Shown here piece by piece: positions 48,163 through 59,320 of a stretch of DNA of 64,000 nt. The notes below the pieces were generated by a model. It ran no database searches, was not told where the DNA came from, and saw only the letters and a list, made by a program, of their open reading frames with translations. Made by a program: the position numbers and the translations under genes. Positions within the stretch are counted from its first letter, which is position 1, and the number at the start of each line of letters is the position of its first letter. The DNA is taken from positions 6,884 through 70,883 of the forward strand of contig JAKFYK010000085.1 of assembly GCA_021730905.1 (NCBI GenBank). Direction: 5' to 3'. The DNA comes from Betaproteobacteria bacterium (GTDB lineage: Bacteria > Pseudomonadota > Gammaproteobacteria > Burkholderiales > SG8-41).

Positions 48163-49104
48163 TTACCGAGGCGCGCGCTCCTGGTGCTTGCGCATCTTGT
48201 CGGCATAGGCAAGATGCGTGCAGATCGCGCGTATCCCATCAATAACACGCGGCGACTGGCGCTGGATGCTGTCGGGCGCGATGTAACGCGCGGGAATGGT
48301 GCGCAGGGCCGCCAGCGGCATGCTCTCCCAGCGCGCACGAAATTCCGTCTCGCCGTTCGCGGATCCGCCTCCCAGCACCATATGAGGGCGCGCCGCCAGC
48401 ACGGATTCGAACGACACGGCCGGCGTCAGCACCGGCACGTCCGCGAACACATTTTTCCCGCCGCACAGCGTAATGGCGTCGCTGATCATATGCGCGCCGT
48501 TGACGGTGAGCAGCGGCTGATGCCAGATTTCATAGAACACGCGCAGGGGTTCCTGTGCGCCGGCTTTACTTCCGTAGCGCTCGCGCAAGCCGTGCAATTC
48601 GCGCTCGAAGCCGCTCGCTGCGCGCTCACCCGCAGCGGACGCGCCGGCGAGGATCGCCACATCGCGCAACAGTCGCGGAATATCCGCGAGCCGGGATACT
48701 TCGCTCACCCAAACGGCAATGCCCAATCGCTCCAGCTTCGCGATATCACCGGCTTGATTGCCGCTCTTCCATGCGAGCACGAGATCGGGTTTCAGCGTAA
48801 GGATGCGTTCGATATCCACGCGAGCGCCGTCGCCGACACGCGGCAGGCGTTTCGCTTCGGGCGGATAGTCGCTGTATTCACTAACCGCGATCAACCGCGA
48901 GCCGGCACCCGCGGCAAACGCGATTTCGGTGAGATGCGGCGCTATGGAAACAATGCGCGCAGCGGGTGCGGCGAGACGAAATACTTTGCCGCGATCATCG
49001 TGCGCTTCCGCTGGCGCAGCGCTTGCCGAAACGCACACGCAGTACAACATTGCGATTGCGCAAGCAGCTCGCATCGATGTCGCGGCTGCGAGCCCGCGCA
49101 CCAT
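48163..49104 (-). CDS. btuF: Cobalamin-binding periplasmic protein (BtuF-like)
   Basis: RIVSIAPHLTEIAFAAGAG, YSDYPPEAK.LP.VG, ERIL.LKPDLVLAW, GGKNVFAD. Start approximate. Confidence 0.85.
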   Translation of the reverse strand: MVRGLAAATSMRAACAIAMLYCVCVSASAAPAEAHDDRGKVFRLAAPAARIVSIAPHLTEIAFAAGAGSRLIAVSEYSDYPPEAKRLPRVGDGARVDIERILTLKPDLVLAWKSGNQAGDIAKLERLGIAVWVSEVSRLADIPRLLRDVAILAGASAAGERAASGFERELHGLRERYGSKAGAQEPLRVFYEIWHQPLLTVNGAHMISDAITLCGGKNVFADVPVLTPAVSFESVLAARPHMVLGGGSANGETEFRARWESMPLAALRTIPARYIAPDSIQRQSPRVIDGIRAICTHLAYADKMRKHQERAPR

Positions 49105-49114
49105 CGCGGGCAAA

Positions 49115-50185
49115 TCAGTCGCTGGATTCCGCCTTGAGCCGCCGCGCGCGCACGCCGGCGGCCAGCCCGTCGAACATAGCACGGGTTTCGTCCCAGCTGA
49201 TGCAGCCGTCGGTAATGCTCACGCCGTACGCGAGCGCTTTCCCCGGTACCAGATCCTGGCGGCCGGCTTTAAGATGGCTTTCCGCCATGATGCCGAAGAT
49301 GCGGCCGTCGCCGGCCTCGATCTGGCGCGCTACGTCCTGTCCAACATCGATTTGTTTTTCCGGCTTTTTGCTGCTGTTGCCGTGGCTGAAATCGATCATG
49401 ATGCGCGCAGGTATGCCCGCCTCGGCCAGCCCTTTGCCCGTGGCATCGACATCGGCCGCACTGTAGTTCGGCGCTTTGCCGCCGCGCAGAATCACGTGGC
49501 AGTCTTCGTTGCCGGAAGTGGAAACAATTGCCGAGCGGCCTTCCTTGGTCACTGACAGAAAGTGATGCGGCGCCTGCGCGGCGCGTATCGCGTCGAGGGC
49601 GATCTTGATATTGCCGTCGGTGCCGTTCTTGAAGCCCACCGGACACGACAGGCCGGAGGCCAGTTCGCGGTGAATCTGCGATTCGGTGGTGCGCGCCCCA
49701 ATCGCACCCCACGCCACCAGATCGGCAATGTACTGGGGCGTGATCATGTCAAGAAACTCACAACCCACCGGCATGCCCGAGGCATTCAGTTCCAGCAGCA
49801 ACTGACGCGCCACGCGAAGACCTTCGTTGATGTTGAAACTGCCGTCGAGCTTGGGATCGTTAATTAGGCCTTTCCAGCCCACCGTCGTGCGCGGCTTCTC
49901 GAAATAAACACGCATCACGATCAATAGATCGGCGCTCGCTTTATCCGCGTAATCCTTGAGCTTGCCGGCATATTCCTTGGCCGCCTTTACGTCGTGTATG
50001 GAGCACGGCCCCACGATTGCCAGCAGGCGGTCATCGGCACCGTGAATAATGCGGTGGATGGCCTGGCGTGTTTCAGCCACGGTTTTTGCCGCAGCGTCGG
50101 TGATGGCGAACTCGCCGAGCACTTTCGCAGGCGACACCAGTTCCTTGATTTCCTTGATACGCAGATCATCGGTTTGGTACGGCAT
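49115..50185 (-). CDS. aroG: 3-deoxy-7-phosphoheptulonate synthase, class I
   Basis: GPCSIHD, MRVYFEKPRTTVGWKG, AIGARTTESQIHRE, SITDGCI. Confidence 0.96.
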   Translation of the reverse strand: MPYQTDDLRIKEIKELVSPAKVLGEFAITDAAAKTVAETRQAIHRIIHGADDRLLAIVGPCSIHDVKAAKEYAGKLKDYADKASADLLIVMRVYFEKPRTTVGWKGLINDPKLDGSFNINEGLRVARQLLLELNASGMPVGCEFLDMITPQYIADLVAWGAIGARTTESQIHRELASGLSCPVGFKNGTDGNIKIALDAIRAAQAPHHFLSVTKEGRSAIVSTSGNEDCHVILRGGKAPNYSAADVDATGKGLAEAGIPARIMIDFSHGNSSKKPEKQIDVGQDVARQIEAGDGRIFGIMAESHLKAGRQDLVPGKALAYGVSITDGCISWDETRAMFDGLAAGVRARRLKAESSD

Positions 50186-50258
50186 GGCACTCTCAATTTA
50201 CTGTAAAAACAATAGATTATAACTGATATCGCTATGCAGCATTGTTACCAAAAAAAGG

Positions 50259-51737
50259 CTACTGGGCGGTGCCACCCACGGTAAGTCCGTCGATACGCAA
50301 CGTTGGCTGCCCCACACCCACCGGCACGCTCTGCCCCTCCTTGCCGCAGGTGCCCACGCCCGAATCGAGCGCCATGTCATTGCCGATCAACGCCACGCGC
50401 GTCAGCGCATCGGGGCCATTGCCGATCAACGTTGCGCCTTTTACCGGCGAGGTGACTTTGCCGTCTTCGATGAGATACGCCTCGGACGCCGAAAATACGA
50501 ACTTGCCGCTGGTGATATCGACCTGGCCGCCACCGAAGTTCACGGCGTACAACCCGTTTTTCACCGACGCGATGATTTCCTGCGGGTCCTTATCGCCGTT
50601 CAGCATGTAAGTGTTGGTCATGCGCGGCATCGGAATATGCGCGAACGATTCGCGCCGTCCATTGCCGGTGGGCGCGACTTTCATCAAGCGCGCGTTGAGA
50701 CTGTCCTGCAGATAGCCTTTCAGCACGCCGTCTTCGATCAGCACATTGCGCTGCGTCGGATTGCCTTCATCATCAATATTCAGCGAGCCGCGGCGGCGTT
50801 CGAGCGTGCCGTCGTCGACCACCGTCACGCCCGGCGAAGCCACGCGTTCGCCGATGCGCCCGCTGAACGCCGACGTGCCCTTGCGGTTGAAGTCGCCTTC
50901 GAGACCGTGGCCTATCGCCTCATGCAGCAGGATGCCGGGCCAACCAGAGCCGAGCACCACGGTCATGGTTCCTGCCGGGGCGGGTTTCGCATCAAGATTC
51001 ACCAGTGCCTGATCGACAGCTTTGCGCGCGTAATCCTGAAGCACTTCATCCGTGAAGTAGGCGTAATCAAAACGCCCGCCGCCGCCCGCGCTGCCCTGCT
51101 CACGCCGGCCATCGTGCTCGACAATGACTTGCAGCGACACGCGCACCAGCGGACGCACATCGGCGGCTTGCGCGCCATCGCTGCGCGCGACCATCACCAC
51201 TTCGTATTCGCCCGCGAGCCCGGCCATCACTTGTGTCACGCGCGGATCGAGGCTGCGCGCGTAGCGCTCCAATCGCTCAAGCAACGCCACTTTTTTCGGA
51301 TCCTCCAGGCTCGCCAGCGGATCGTGCGGCAGATACAGATTGCGCCCCTGGTTGCGCCGCGCCACCTGCGTCGCCTGCGCGCCCTGGGATCCGCCCTGGC
51401 GCGCGATGGCGCGCGTGGCTTGCGCCGCCGCTGTGAGTGCATCAAAGCTGATGTCGTCCGAATAGGCAAACGCGGTCTTTTCGCCGCTCACCGCGCGCAC
51501 GCCCAAACCCTGGTCGATGTTGAAGCTGCCGGACTTGACGATGCCTTCTTCAAGGCTCCACGACTCGCTGCGGCTGTACTGAAAATACAGATCGGCGTAA
51601 TCAACCTGATGCAACATGATCTGGCCGAACACCGTGTTGAGCTTGCTGTCGTTCAACGCGTACGGCGACAGCAACGTGTCGTACGCGGTTGAAAAATTAA
51701 TCGCGGGTGCTGCTGTGGCACTGGTGATAACTGACAA
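50259..51737 (-). CDS. tldD: Metalloprotease TldD
   Basis: [40 protein letters not shown] start with AAAGGA RBS. Confidence 0.97.
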   Translation of the reverse strand: MSVITSATAAPAINFSTAYDTLLSPYALNDSKLNTVFGQIMLHQVDYADLYFQYSRSESWSLEEGIVKSGSFNIDQGLGVRAVSGEKTAFAYSDDISFDALTAAAQATRAIARQGGSQGAQATQVARRNQGRNLYLPHDPLASLEDPKKVALLERLERYARSLDPRVTQVMAGLAGEYEVVMVARSDGAQAADVRPLVRVSLQVIVEHDGRREQGSAGGGGRFDYAYFTDEVLQDYARKAVDQALVNLDAKPAPAGTMTVVLGSGWPGILLHEAIGHGLEGDFNRKGTSAFSGRIGERVASPGVTVVDDGTLERRRGSLNIDDEGNPTQRNVLIEDGVLKGYLQDSLNARLMKVAPTGNGRRESFAHIPMPRMTNTYMLNGDKDPQEIIASVKNGLYAVNFGGGQVDITSGKFVFSASEAYLIEDGKVTSPVKGATLIGNGPDALTRVALIGNDMALDSGVGTCGKEGQSVPVGVGQPTLRIDGLTVGGTAQ

Positions 51738-51760
51738 AATAATCCTTTAAAAACAAATAG

Positions 51761-52621
51761 TTACATTAAAGTCCGATGGCTGAGCGCCGGGAGATTGCGG
51801 CGCAGCCCCTGCACATGCGACAAATCGATATCGGCGATCACCACGCCCGCACCGCGCGGCAAACGATCCAGCACCACGCCCCACGGATCGATGATCATGG
51901 TATCGCCATGCGTTTCGCGGCCGTTTTCATGATGACCGCCCTGCGCAGGGGCCACCACGTACGCCAGGTTTTCGATGGCGCGCGCGCGCAACAGCGTTTC
52001 CCAATGCGCGCGGCCGGTAGTCTCGGTGAAAGCCGACGGCACGAAAATGATGTCCACCTCTTTCATCGAGCGGTACAGCTCCGGAAACCGCAGGTCGTAG
52101 CAAATCGACAGCCCCAAGCGGCCAAACGGCGACGCCAGTGTCACCGGCTGATGGCCCGGCTCGATGGTGCGCTCCTCGTGATACCGCTCTTCGCCCATCT
52201 GAAAACCAAACAGATGAATCTTGTCGTAGCGCGCGACCTGCTTGCCCGTGTGGTCGTACACCAGGCAACTGTTGCGCACGCGGTGCGGATCAGCCGACAC
52301 CAGCGGCGCCGAGCCGCCAACAATCCACACGCCGTGGGTGCGTGCGGCCTCGGACAGGAACGACTGGATCGGGCCCGTGCCTTCCGTTTCGCGCACGGCG
52401 ACCTTGTCGGTGTCTTTCATGCCCATCATGCAAAAGTATTCCGGCAGCGCCACCAGGTCCGCGCCCTGCGCGGCCGCCATGGCTATCAGGCGTCCGGCTT
52501 CGGCGAGATTGTCTTCGACACGCGGCGCGGAAACCATTTGCAGCGCCGCCAGGCGCGCGGCGCCGGGCGCTTTGCTACGCGCGGTTGCTGAAGCGGGCGT
52601 TGGTGAAAATCGGGAGTTCAT
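51761..52621 (-). CDS. Carbon-nitrogen hydrolase (Nit1-like deaminated glutathione amidase)
   Basis: LPEYF, YDKIHLF, ICYDLRFPE, RARAIEN. Located between yhdP and tldD. Confidence 0.93.
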   Translation of the reverse strand: MNSRFSPTPASATARSKAPGAARLAALQMVSAPRVEDNLAEAGRLIAMAAAQGADLVALPEYFCMMGMKDTDKVAVRETEGTGPIQSFLSEAARTHGVWIVGGSAPLVSADPHRVRNSCLVYDHTGKQVARYDKIHLFGFQMGEERYHEERTIEPGHQPVTLASPFGRLGLSICYDLRFPELYRSMKEVDIIFVPSAFTETTGRAHWETLLRARAIENLAYVVAPAQGGHHENGRETHGDTMIIDPWGVVLDRLPRGAGVVIADIDLSHVQGLRRNLPALSHRTLM

Positions 52622-52678
52622 GTGAAGATTCTCAATGTACTAAAAGTCGTCGCACGATGCGCGGCAAACACGCCTCTG

Positions 52679-55600
52679 CTAATCAACGTTGCGCACGGAC
52701 TCCGGCCGCTGCGGCGGATTGATTTTGGTCACCACCGGATCAACCCAGTTGCCGGTAACGCTGTAATTGAATGTGACCATCTCGTCCAAGGGATCCTTGA
52801 GCAGCTTCTGCGCAATAAAGGCCGCCAGCCCGGCAATGGGCCCGCCCGCGATCGCCCCTATGATGGACACGCCGTCCGACACATGCGGATTGACTTTCAC
52901 GCGCAGATCCTGCGTTTCCTTGTTGATATCCACCGAACCGCCCATCACCACGCGCGCAGATGGGCCGGTAATGCGGAAATTTTCCGTGGTAACAATGCCG
53001 CGATCTATCTTGACCGCGCCCAGCACTTCGTCAAACGCGAAGCCATCACTGAATATATCGCGAAAATCCAGCGTCAGGCGCCGCGGCAGTGACTGCAGAC
53101 TCACGATACCCAGCAGTTTTGCAATGCCCGGCTCCATTTTGAGAAACTGGCCTTTCACTGCCTGCAACACGAAATTGCCCGACAGCGTCGGATAGTCGAG
53201 CTGCTGCGGTCCGCCGCTCCAACTGAGCGATCCGCCGATGGTCGCCATGCCGCGGCGCACGCCTTCCGGATAACCCAGCCGCGTCAACATTTTACCCACG
53301 TCCGTCATGTCCCAGCGCACATTGACCATAGTGCGCGGATTGGCCAGCCACGACTGCCACACGCCGTCTACAGTCAGTATGCCATCCGCGTTGGATACCC
53401 TGAGCTGCTCAATGCGCCAGTCGCGATCTTGCGGTGTTGCCTTTAACTCGAGCTTGCCCAGCATCTTGCTGCCCATCTGAAAATTTTCTGCCACGATGTC
53501 CAGCGTCGGCAGTTGTGGCGTCTCCGTGACTGCTGATTTTTCCGCGGCAGGCACAACGGCCGCAAACGGCGTGGCTGCAGGAATGATGAATTTCTTCATC
53601 CGCGCCACCAGCCGTCCTTTGCCCTGCGGGCTCCAGTCGGCGGTACCCTCGAATTCTTTCCCGCTTAATGTATAGCGCGTAGTCGCAGCATCGGGTTTCA
53701 TGCTGGTGATCGCGATGTCGCTGAATTTTCGATCATAGACTTCGAGTTCGCCGAACTTCACGTCCAGCGCCGCCAGGGTGTAACTGACACCGCCGCCATC
53801 GCTGCTGGCTATCTTCAGCCAGCCGTCAAGATTTGCCGATTTGAGCGCACCGCTAATCCACACGCCATCGCGCTCCAGCTCGCCCGCCACGCCACCACCC
53901 AGGCGTACCACGCCGCGGTCGATCACCATCCGCTTGCCTTCGGTGTGGCGGCTGAATCGCGCGCTGATAAGTTCGCCATACGTCACGCCCACCACATCCC
54001 GGTCGTTGCTGACAAAGCGCCGCTCCACACGCACCGGTATGGACTCCGACACAGTTTTCACGAACGGCGCGGGCAGATTGGAGGCAATGCCCTGCAACGT
54101 CGATTCCAGCACCACGTCCACGGTTTTCTTGCGCACACTGAGCGTACCGCGCCAGTCCGCCGCACCACGCACATAAGTGAGCCACGCCGGCCCGCCTGCT
54201 CGCCGCACCGTGTCGGGATTGACGCGCCCCTGCAGGCCGATGCGGATGGTGCCGTCGCGCTGCGTACTGCCGGATACCGTCATGGGCCCGCCGAAAAACG
54301 TCGCGGTGGCAGCCGGCACATTCACACCCGCTTCGGTAAATTCGAGTCTGCCGTTGACTTGTTCGAGCGGCGGCAGCGAAGGCTCCACGATGATCCTGTT
54401 GTTGACCATCTGGAAAGCGCCGACCACGCGTGTCTTGTCGAGACTCGCCAACGGCAACTCCAGTTTCAGGTCGAGCTTGCCCGCGCCTTCAGCCTGCATG
54501 CCATCGGTGAAATGTTCGATATACCCCGCCACCGGACTGGCAGCAATGAACTTGAGAAAATCCGGCGTGGGGCCTTCCGCTTCTCCGGTAACCGTCAGCA
54601 CACGTCCTGCCGGCTGCGACAGATCCGGCATTTCAGCATGCACCTTGGACAACCGCACACCGTAGATTGTGCCGTGCCGCGCGACGATGTCTATGCGCTT
54701 GCCGCGAAACGCGAGGTCGCCTTCGATGTTTTCGATGTTAGGCCAGCTTTCTCCATAGCGCAGCGCGCCGCCGGAAAGCTTGGCGGTAACGAAAAATGTG
54801 CCGCCCTTGTTGTCCGGAAACGGAAACTCACGCAGATCGCCCTTGACGCGGAAACTCACGTCGCCGGATGTTCCCGCGACGAATGCCGCCTCCATCCACG
54901 GCCGGGCGCCTTTTGCGACGGTAACCGGCAGATAGCGCATCACGCTGCGCGCATCAGCGCGCATCAGATTGCCGGTAAGATCAATGATGCCCGGCTGCTC
55001 CGGCACCGTGCGATAACTGCCGCTCAAGGTTCCCGCAAGATCGGCATTGTGGTACGACACGTTCGACAACTTCAATTCAAAACCTTTGCTGTCGCGCGCC
55101 CAGCCCGCGTGCGCGGTCAGCGTATCGAACTGCAGCACCTCCTTGAACAGATCAGGCAGATCCAGTTTCATCTCGCGCGCCGTCAGCTGCGTGGTACCGC
55201 CCTTTTCCGTTGCATCCAGATGCCCGCTGACGCCCTTTAGTCCCGGCAGCGCTCCGTAGCGATTAATTGCCAGATCCTCGAAGCGGCCGCGCGCGCTGTA
55301 TTTCGCGGGGTCAGGCAATGCGCCGTCCCACTTCGCCAGCACATCAAACAATCGGCCCTGCGGCGACAGCTCTGACAGCCGCTTGCGCGTCTCGTCGTCA
55401 ATCGGCAAATGATCTGCCAGCGAAATCAGCGGCGCGATATCAATGGCATTGGCCTTGATTTCACCTGCGGTCGGCTTGCCTTCCGGATTGATGGCCGCCT
55501 TGAGGGTAAAATCCATCGGCTGCAGTGTCAGGTTTCCGGAAGTGGTCAGCGCGAGCTGCGCCGTTGAAAATTCGACCGTTTTCGGCGTTTTTTTCCAGCC

Positions 55601-56575
55601 TAGGCGCCCGGAAAGATGCGACAGGTCGAGTTGGGGCAAGTCCTTGGCAAGCCGTGTGCGCACGTTGGACAACCGTACATCGGCGAGCAGTTCATGCACC
55701 GTCATCGCCCCGACACTTGCCCATGCGCGCACGGCGCCGGCGCCTTGCGAAAACTCGAAAGGAAAGGGTATCCATGTACGCCACGCCGCGATGTCCGCGT
55801 AATCAAGCTGCACGAAGACGCGTCCTTTCCATGCCGCAAGATCCCGCATGGACGCCCCCTCAAGGTCGCCGCGCAGATCGACCGCACTTGCCAGCTTCTC
55901 GGGCGGAATCGCCTTCAGGCCAAAACGATGGTGACGACCGCGATTGACCAGATGTGCTCGCACCTGCTGCAGCATCAATGTTGGCACGCCGCGCACCTCG
56001 TCGGTCCAGGCAATGGCCGCATTGTGTATTTCAATATCACGTTGTGCCAGCAGCCAGTCGGAAAAACCGCCCTCGCGGCTATCGCCGGACATTTCAATGC
56101 CCGCGACGGAAATGATGCCGCGCTTGTCGCGTCGGATATCCAGCGCCGGTTCATACAAATCAATGGAATGAAAGCGCGGGCTCCACGTCGGTATTGACAG
56201 CCACGACACCGTGCTATCCACGCGCTGCAATTTGAGCGCGGCACGCCCTGATTTGTCGTGCAGCACCACGGCTTCAAGCTTCAATTCGGGACGCAACCCG
56301 TCCCAGCTGGCGTCTATGCGCCCGATGGTCACGTGCTGCCCGACCGCCTTGCTCACGGATTGGGCAATCGTCCCCCGGTAACGCTCGATATTGGGCAGCA
56401 CCCAATAGCGCAACGCAAGCACCGACGCGGCGGCGATCAGAACCAGGGCGAGCACAATCCACACCAGCTTGTGCCACACCCACGCCGCGACGCGCATGGT
56501 GGCACCGCCGAGTCCGCTGGAAATTGCCTTTATCGTCACGCAATGCCTGTTAAAATATGAAAATGAAACAACCAC
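52679..56575 (-). CDS. yhdP: YhdP/AsmA-like phospholipid transport protein
   Basis: N-terminal TM followed by LRYWVLPNIERYR, C-terminal LPRRLTLDFRDIFSDGFAFD and Y.VTGNW.DP. The start may be downstream (e.g. ATG 56497). Confidence 0.92.
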   Translation of the reverse strand: MVVSFSYFNRHCVTIKAISSGLGGATMRVAAWVWHKLVWIVLALVLIAAASVLALRYWVLPNIERYRGTIAQSVSKAVGQHVTIGRIDASWDGLRPELKLEAVVLHDKSGRAALKLQRVDSTVSWLSIPTWSPRFHSIDLYEPALDIRRDKRGIISVAGIEMSGDSREGGFSDWLLAQRDIEIHNAAIAWTDEVRGVPTLMLQQVRAHLVNRGRHHRFGLKAIPPEKLASAVDLRGDLEGASMRDLAAWKGRVFVQLDYADIAAWRTWIPFPFEFSQGAGAVRAWASVGAMTVHELLADVRLSNVRTRLAKDLPQLDLSHLSGRLGWKKTPKTVEFSTAQLALTTSGNLTLQPMDFTLKAAINPEGKPTAGEIKANAIDIAPLISLADHLPIDDETRKRLSELSPQGRLFDVLAKWDGALPDPAKYSARGRFEDLAINRYGALPGLKGVSGHLDATEKGGTTQLTAREMKLDLPDLFKEVLQFDTLTAHAGWARDSKGFELKLSNVSYHNADLAGTLSGSYRTVPEQPGIIDLTGNLMRADARSVMRYLPVTVAKGARPWMEAAFVAGTSGDVSFRVKGDLREFPFPDNKGGTFFVTAKLSGGALRYGESWPNIENIEGDLAFRGKRIDIVARHGTIYGVRLSKVHAEMPDLSQPAGRVLTVTGEAEGPTPDFLKFIAASPVAGYIEHFTDGMQAEGAGKLDLKLELPLASLDKTRVVGAFQMVNNRIIVEPSLPPLEQVNGRLEFTEAGVNVPAATATFFGGPMTVSGSTQRDGTIRIGLQGRVNPDTVRRAGGPAWLTYVRGAADWRGTLSVRKKTVDVVLESTLQGIASNLPAPFVKTVSESIPVRVERRFVSNDRDVVGVTYGELISARFSRHTEGKRMVIDRGVVRLGGGVAGELERDGVWISGALKSANLDGWLKIASSDGGGVSYTLAALDVKFGELEVYDRKFSDIAITSMKPDAATTRYTLSGKEFEGTADWSPQGKGRLVARMKKFIIPAATPFAAVVPAAEKSAVTETPQLPTLDIVAENFQMGSKMLGKLELKATPQDRDWRIEQLRVSNADGILTVDGVWQSWLANPRTMVNVRWDMTDVGKMLTRLGYPEGVRRGMATIGGSLSWSGGPQQLDYPTLSGNFVLQAVKGQFLKMEPGIAKLLGIVSLQSLPRRLTLDFRDIFSDGFAFDEVLGAVKIDRGIVTTENFRITGPSARVVMGGSVDINKETQDLRVKVNPHVSDGVSIIGAIAGGPIAGLAAFIAQKLLKDPLDEMVTFNYSVTGNWVDPVVTKINPPQRPESVRNVD

Positions 56576-56608
56576 TTAGCGGGCTTTTTTCATTGTCGTC
56601 ATTCTACT

Positions 56609-59314
56609 GTGTTTTATCAGCCCGTGGAACCCATTAACGCGTCCGCAGCCCCGGACGTGGACGCAGCGGTCGCGCGCGCGCGACAGTTCAGCCGCTACTT
56701 CGAGCGTATTCTGACGGCAGAGCCGGGGCTGCTTCACCCTATAGACCTGCTGACGCCGTTCGAGGTTGCATGCGCTACCGCAGATGATGCGGCAGCGCTC
56801 ACGCGGGATGAGTTGCAGCAGATGTTGCGCCGCCTGCGCAAACAGGCAATGGCGACCCTGATCGTGCGCGATATGGCCGGTTGGGCGGACCTTGCGGAAG
56901 TCACGCAAACCATGACGCGGCTGGCCGAATGCACGATAACCGCCGCGCTCGACTGGGTGACCAACGATCTCGCGCACAGCACCGGCACGCCACGCGGTTC
57001 CACCGGCCGGCCTCAACAACTGCATGTGGTCGGCATGGGCAAGCTGGGCGGCGGCGAACTCAACGTGTCCTCCGACATTGATCTGGTCTTCGTCTATCCC
57101 GAAGACGGCGATACCGACGGTACGCGCGTGTTGAGCAACCACGAGTATTTCCTGCGCGCCGGGCGCGCGCTGATCGGATTGCTGGCCGAACTGACCACGG
57201 ATGGCTACGTGTTCCGCGTGGACATGCGTCTACGGCCCTACGGCGACAGCGGACCGCTGGCAACCAGCTTTGAGATGCTCGAAAACTACCTGATCACGCA
57301 GGGACGCGAGTGGGAACGCTATGCGTGGATCAAGGGACGCGTGATCACCGGCGAACAAGGTAACGAACTGATGGCGCTGGTGCGGCCATTCGTGTTTCGC
57401 CGTCATCTTGATTACAGCGCGCTCGCCTCGATGCGCGAGTTGCACAGCCAGATACGCCGCGAAGTGGAGCGCCGCGACAGGGCCGACAACATCAAGCTCG
57501 GTCGCGGCGGCATCCGCGAAATCGAATTCATCGCGCAGGTGTTTCAGTTGATACGCGGCGGACACGACGCGGCGCTGCGCCGGCAGCCGACGCTGGATGT
57601 GCTGGCACTACTTGCCGAACGCGGCCTGCTGCCGTCAGCCGTGGTTGCGGAATTGACGCAAGCCTATGTCTTTCTCAGGAATCTGGAGCACCGCCTGCAA
57701 TACCGCGATGATCAGCAGACGCATGCACTGCCCGTCAGCGCCGATGACCAGGCGGACGTGGCGCGCAGCATGGGTTATGCGGATTACGGCGCATTCATAC
57801 AGGTGTTGAGCGGCTATCGTGAAGCGGTAGCCCGGCACTTCGATGCCCTGTTTGCCGAAGCGCGCGCCGAACAACACGCGCTCGCGCCGCTGTGGATACA
57901 GAGCAGCGACACGCAATCCGGCACGGCCCGGCTCGGCGAACTGGGATTTCAGCGCGCTGCGGAGTTGCAGTCGCGCATCGCGCACATGCACGATTCCGCG
58001 CGCTACCGCCAGATGCCCGCGGGCAGCCAGTCGCGCTTTGACCGCCTGGTGCCACTGGCCATTGAAAGTGCTGCGGGCGGCGGCAATGCCGATGCGACAC
58101 TGGAGCGGCTGCTGGTATTTCTGGAGGGCATCAGCCGGCGGGAATCCTATCTCGCGCTGCTCGAAGAATATCCGCAGGCACGCGCGCAACTGACAGCGTT
58201 GATGCGTGCCAGCCCCTGGGTCGCGCAGTACCTGACGCAATATCCTATACTGCTGGACGAACTGCTCGATGCGCGCACGCTGAATACGCCGCCCGACTGG
58301 CCGGCGCTCGCCGCGCTGTTGCACGCCGCCGTAAACGACGCGGAGGACGATGCGGAACGGCAGATGGACGTGTTGCGCCATTTCAAGCACGCGCAAACCA
58401 TGCGTCTCGTCGCGCAAGACCTCGCGGGAACGCTGCCGCTGGAAACGCTGAGCGATCATTTGTCCGATCTCGCCTGCGTGATACTGGCCGAAACGGTGCG
58501 CCTGGCGTGGCAGGGCGTGCGACAGCGCCATCGCCCCGTACCGGCGTTCGCCGTCATCGGTTACGGCAAACTCGGCGGCAAGGAATTGGGCTATGCCTCC
58601 GATCTCGATCTGGTTTTTCTGTACGATGACGATGCGCCGGAAGCCGCCGAAAACTACGCTCGCCTGGCGCAGCGCATCAGCACCTACCTCACCAGCGTCA
58701 CAGCCGCTGGACAGCTGTACGACACCGATCTGCGGCTGCGGCCCGACGGCGCGAGCGGATTACTGGTAAGCACGCTGCCCGGGTTTCGCGATTACCAGAT
58801 GAAACAGGCGTGGGTGTGGGAACATCAGGCGCTGACGCGCGCGCGATTTACCGCCGGCGACACCGCCATCGGCGATGCCTTCGAAGCCATCCGCCGCGAT
58901 GTGCTGTGCCGCCCGCGTGACCTGCAGGCGCTGCGTGCCGAAATTGTGGCAATGCGCGAAAAAATGCATGCGGCCCACCCCAACCGCAGCGGCCTGTTCG
59001 ATGTGAAGCACGATCCCGGCGGCATCGTGGATGTTGAATTTATCGTGCAATATCTGGTGCTTGGCCAAGCACACCGGCACGCAGCGCTCGCAGGCAATAT
59101 CGGCAATCTTGCGCTGCTGAAGCTGGCCGCGCAGCTACAATTGATCGCCCCCGTGCCCGCGGATGCCGCGCATGCCGCCTATCGCGAGTTCCGGCGTCTG
59201 CAACATACGCTACGCTTGCAGGGAGAACGTTACGCCCGTGTCCCGCGCGAGTCTGTGGACCTGCACGCGGCGGCAGTGCGCACACTGTGGCAACACGTCA
59301 TGGCGAACGCGTAG
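56609..59314 (+). CDS. glnE: Bifunctional glutamine synthetase adenylyltransferase/adenylyl-removing enzyme
   Basis: Two NTase motifs, MGKLGGGELNVSSDIDL and YGKLGGKELGYASDLDL. Confidence 0.97.
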   Translation: MFYQPVEPINASAAPDVDAAVARARQFSRYFERILTAEPGLLHPIDLLTPFEVACATADDAAALTRDELQQMLRRLRKQAMATLIVRDMAGWADLAEVTQTMTRLAECTITAALDWVTNDLAHSTGTPRGSTGRPQQLHVVGMGKLGGGELNVSSDIDLVFVYPEDGDTDGTRVLSNHEYFLRAGRALIGLLAELTTDGYVFRVDMRLRPYGDSGPLATSFEMLENYLITQGREWERYAWIKGRVITGEQGNELMALVRPFVFRRHLDYSALASMRELHSQIRREVERRDRADNIKLGRGGIREIEFIAQVFQLIRGGHDAALRRQPTLDVLALLAERGLLPSAVVAELTQAYVFLRNLEHRLQYRDDQQTHALPVSADDQADVARSMGYADYGAFIQVLSGYREAVARHFDALFAEARAEQHALAPLWIQSSDTQSGTARLGELGFQRAAELQSRIAHMHDSARYRQMPAGSQSRFDRLVPLAIESAAGGGNADATLERLLVFLEGISRRESYLALLEEYPQARAQLTALMRASPWVAQYLTQYPILLDELLDARTLNTPPDWPALAALLHAAVNDAEDDAERQMDVLRHFKHAQTMRLVAQDLAGTLPLETLSDHLSDLACVILAETVRLAWQGVRQRHRPVPAFAVIGYGKLGGKELGYASDLDLVFLYDDDAPEAAENYARLAQRISTYLTSVTAAGQLYDTDLRLRPDGASGLLVSTLPGFRDYQMKQAWVWEHQALTRARFTAGDTAIGDAFEAIRRDVLCRPRDLQALRAEIVAMREKMHAAHPNRSGLFDVKHDPGGIVDVEFIVQYLVLGQAHRHAALAGNIGNLALLKLAAQLQLIAPVPADAAHAAYREFRRLQHTLRLQGERYARVPRESVDLHAAAVRTLWQHVMANA

Positions 59315-59320
59315 ATCGCC

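Noticed and set aside
50259-51737. tldD without tldE as a possible RiPP-processing locus
   Set aside because: yhdP-nit-tldD is standard housekeeping synteny, and tldE/pmbA is normally encoded elsewhere.
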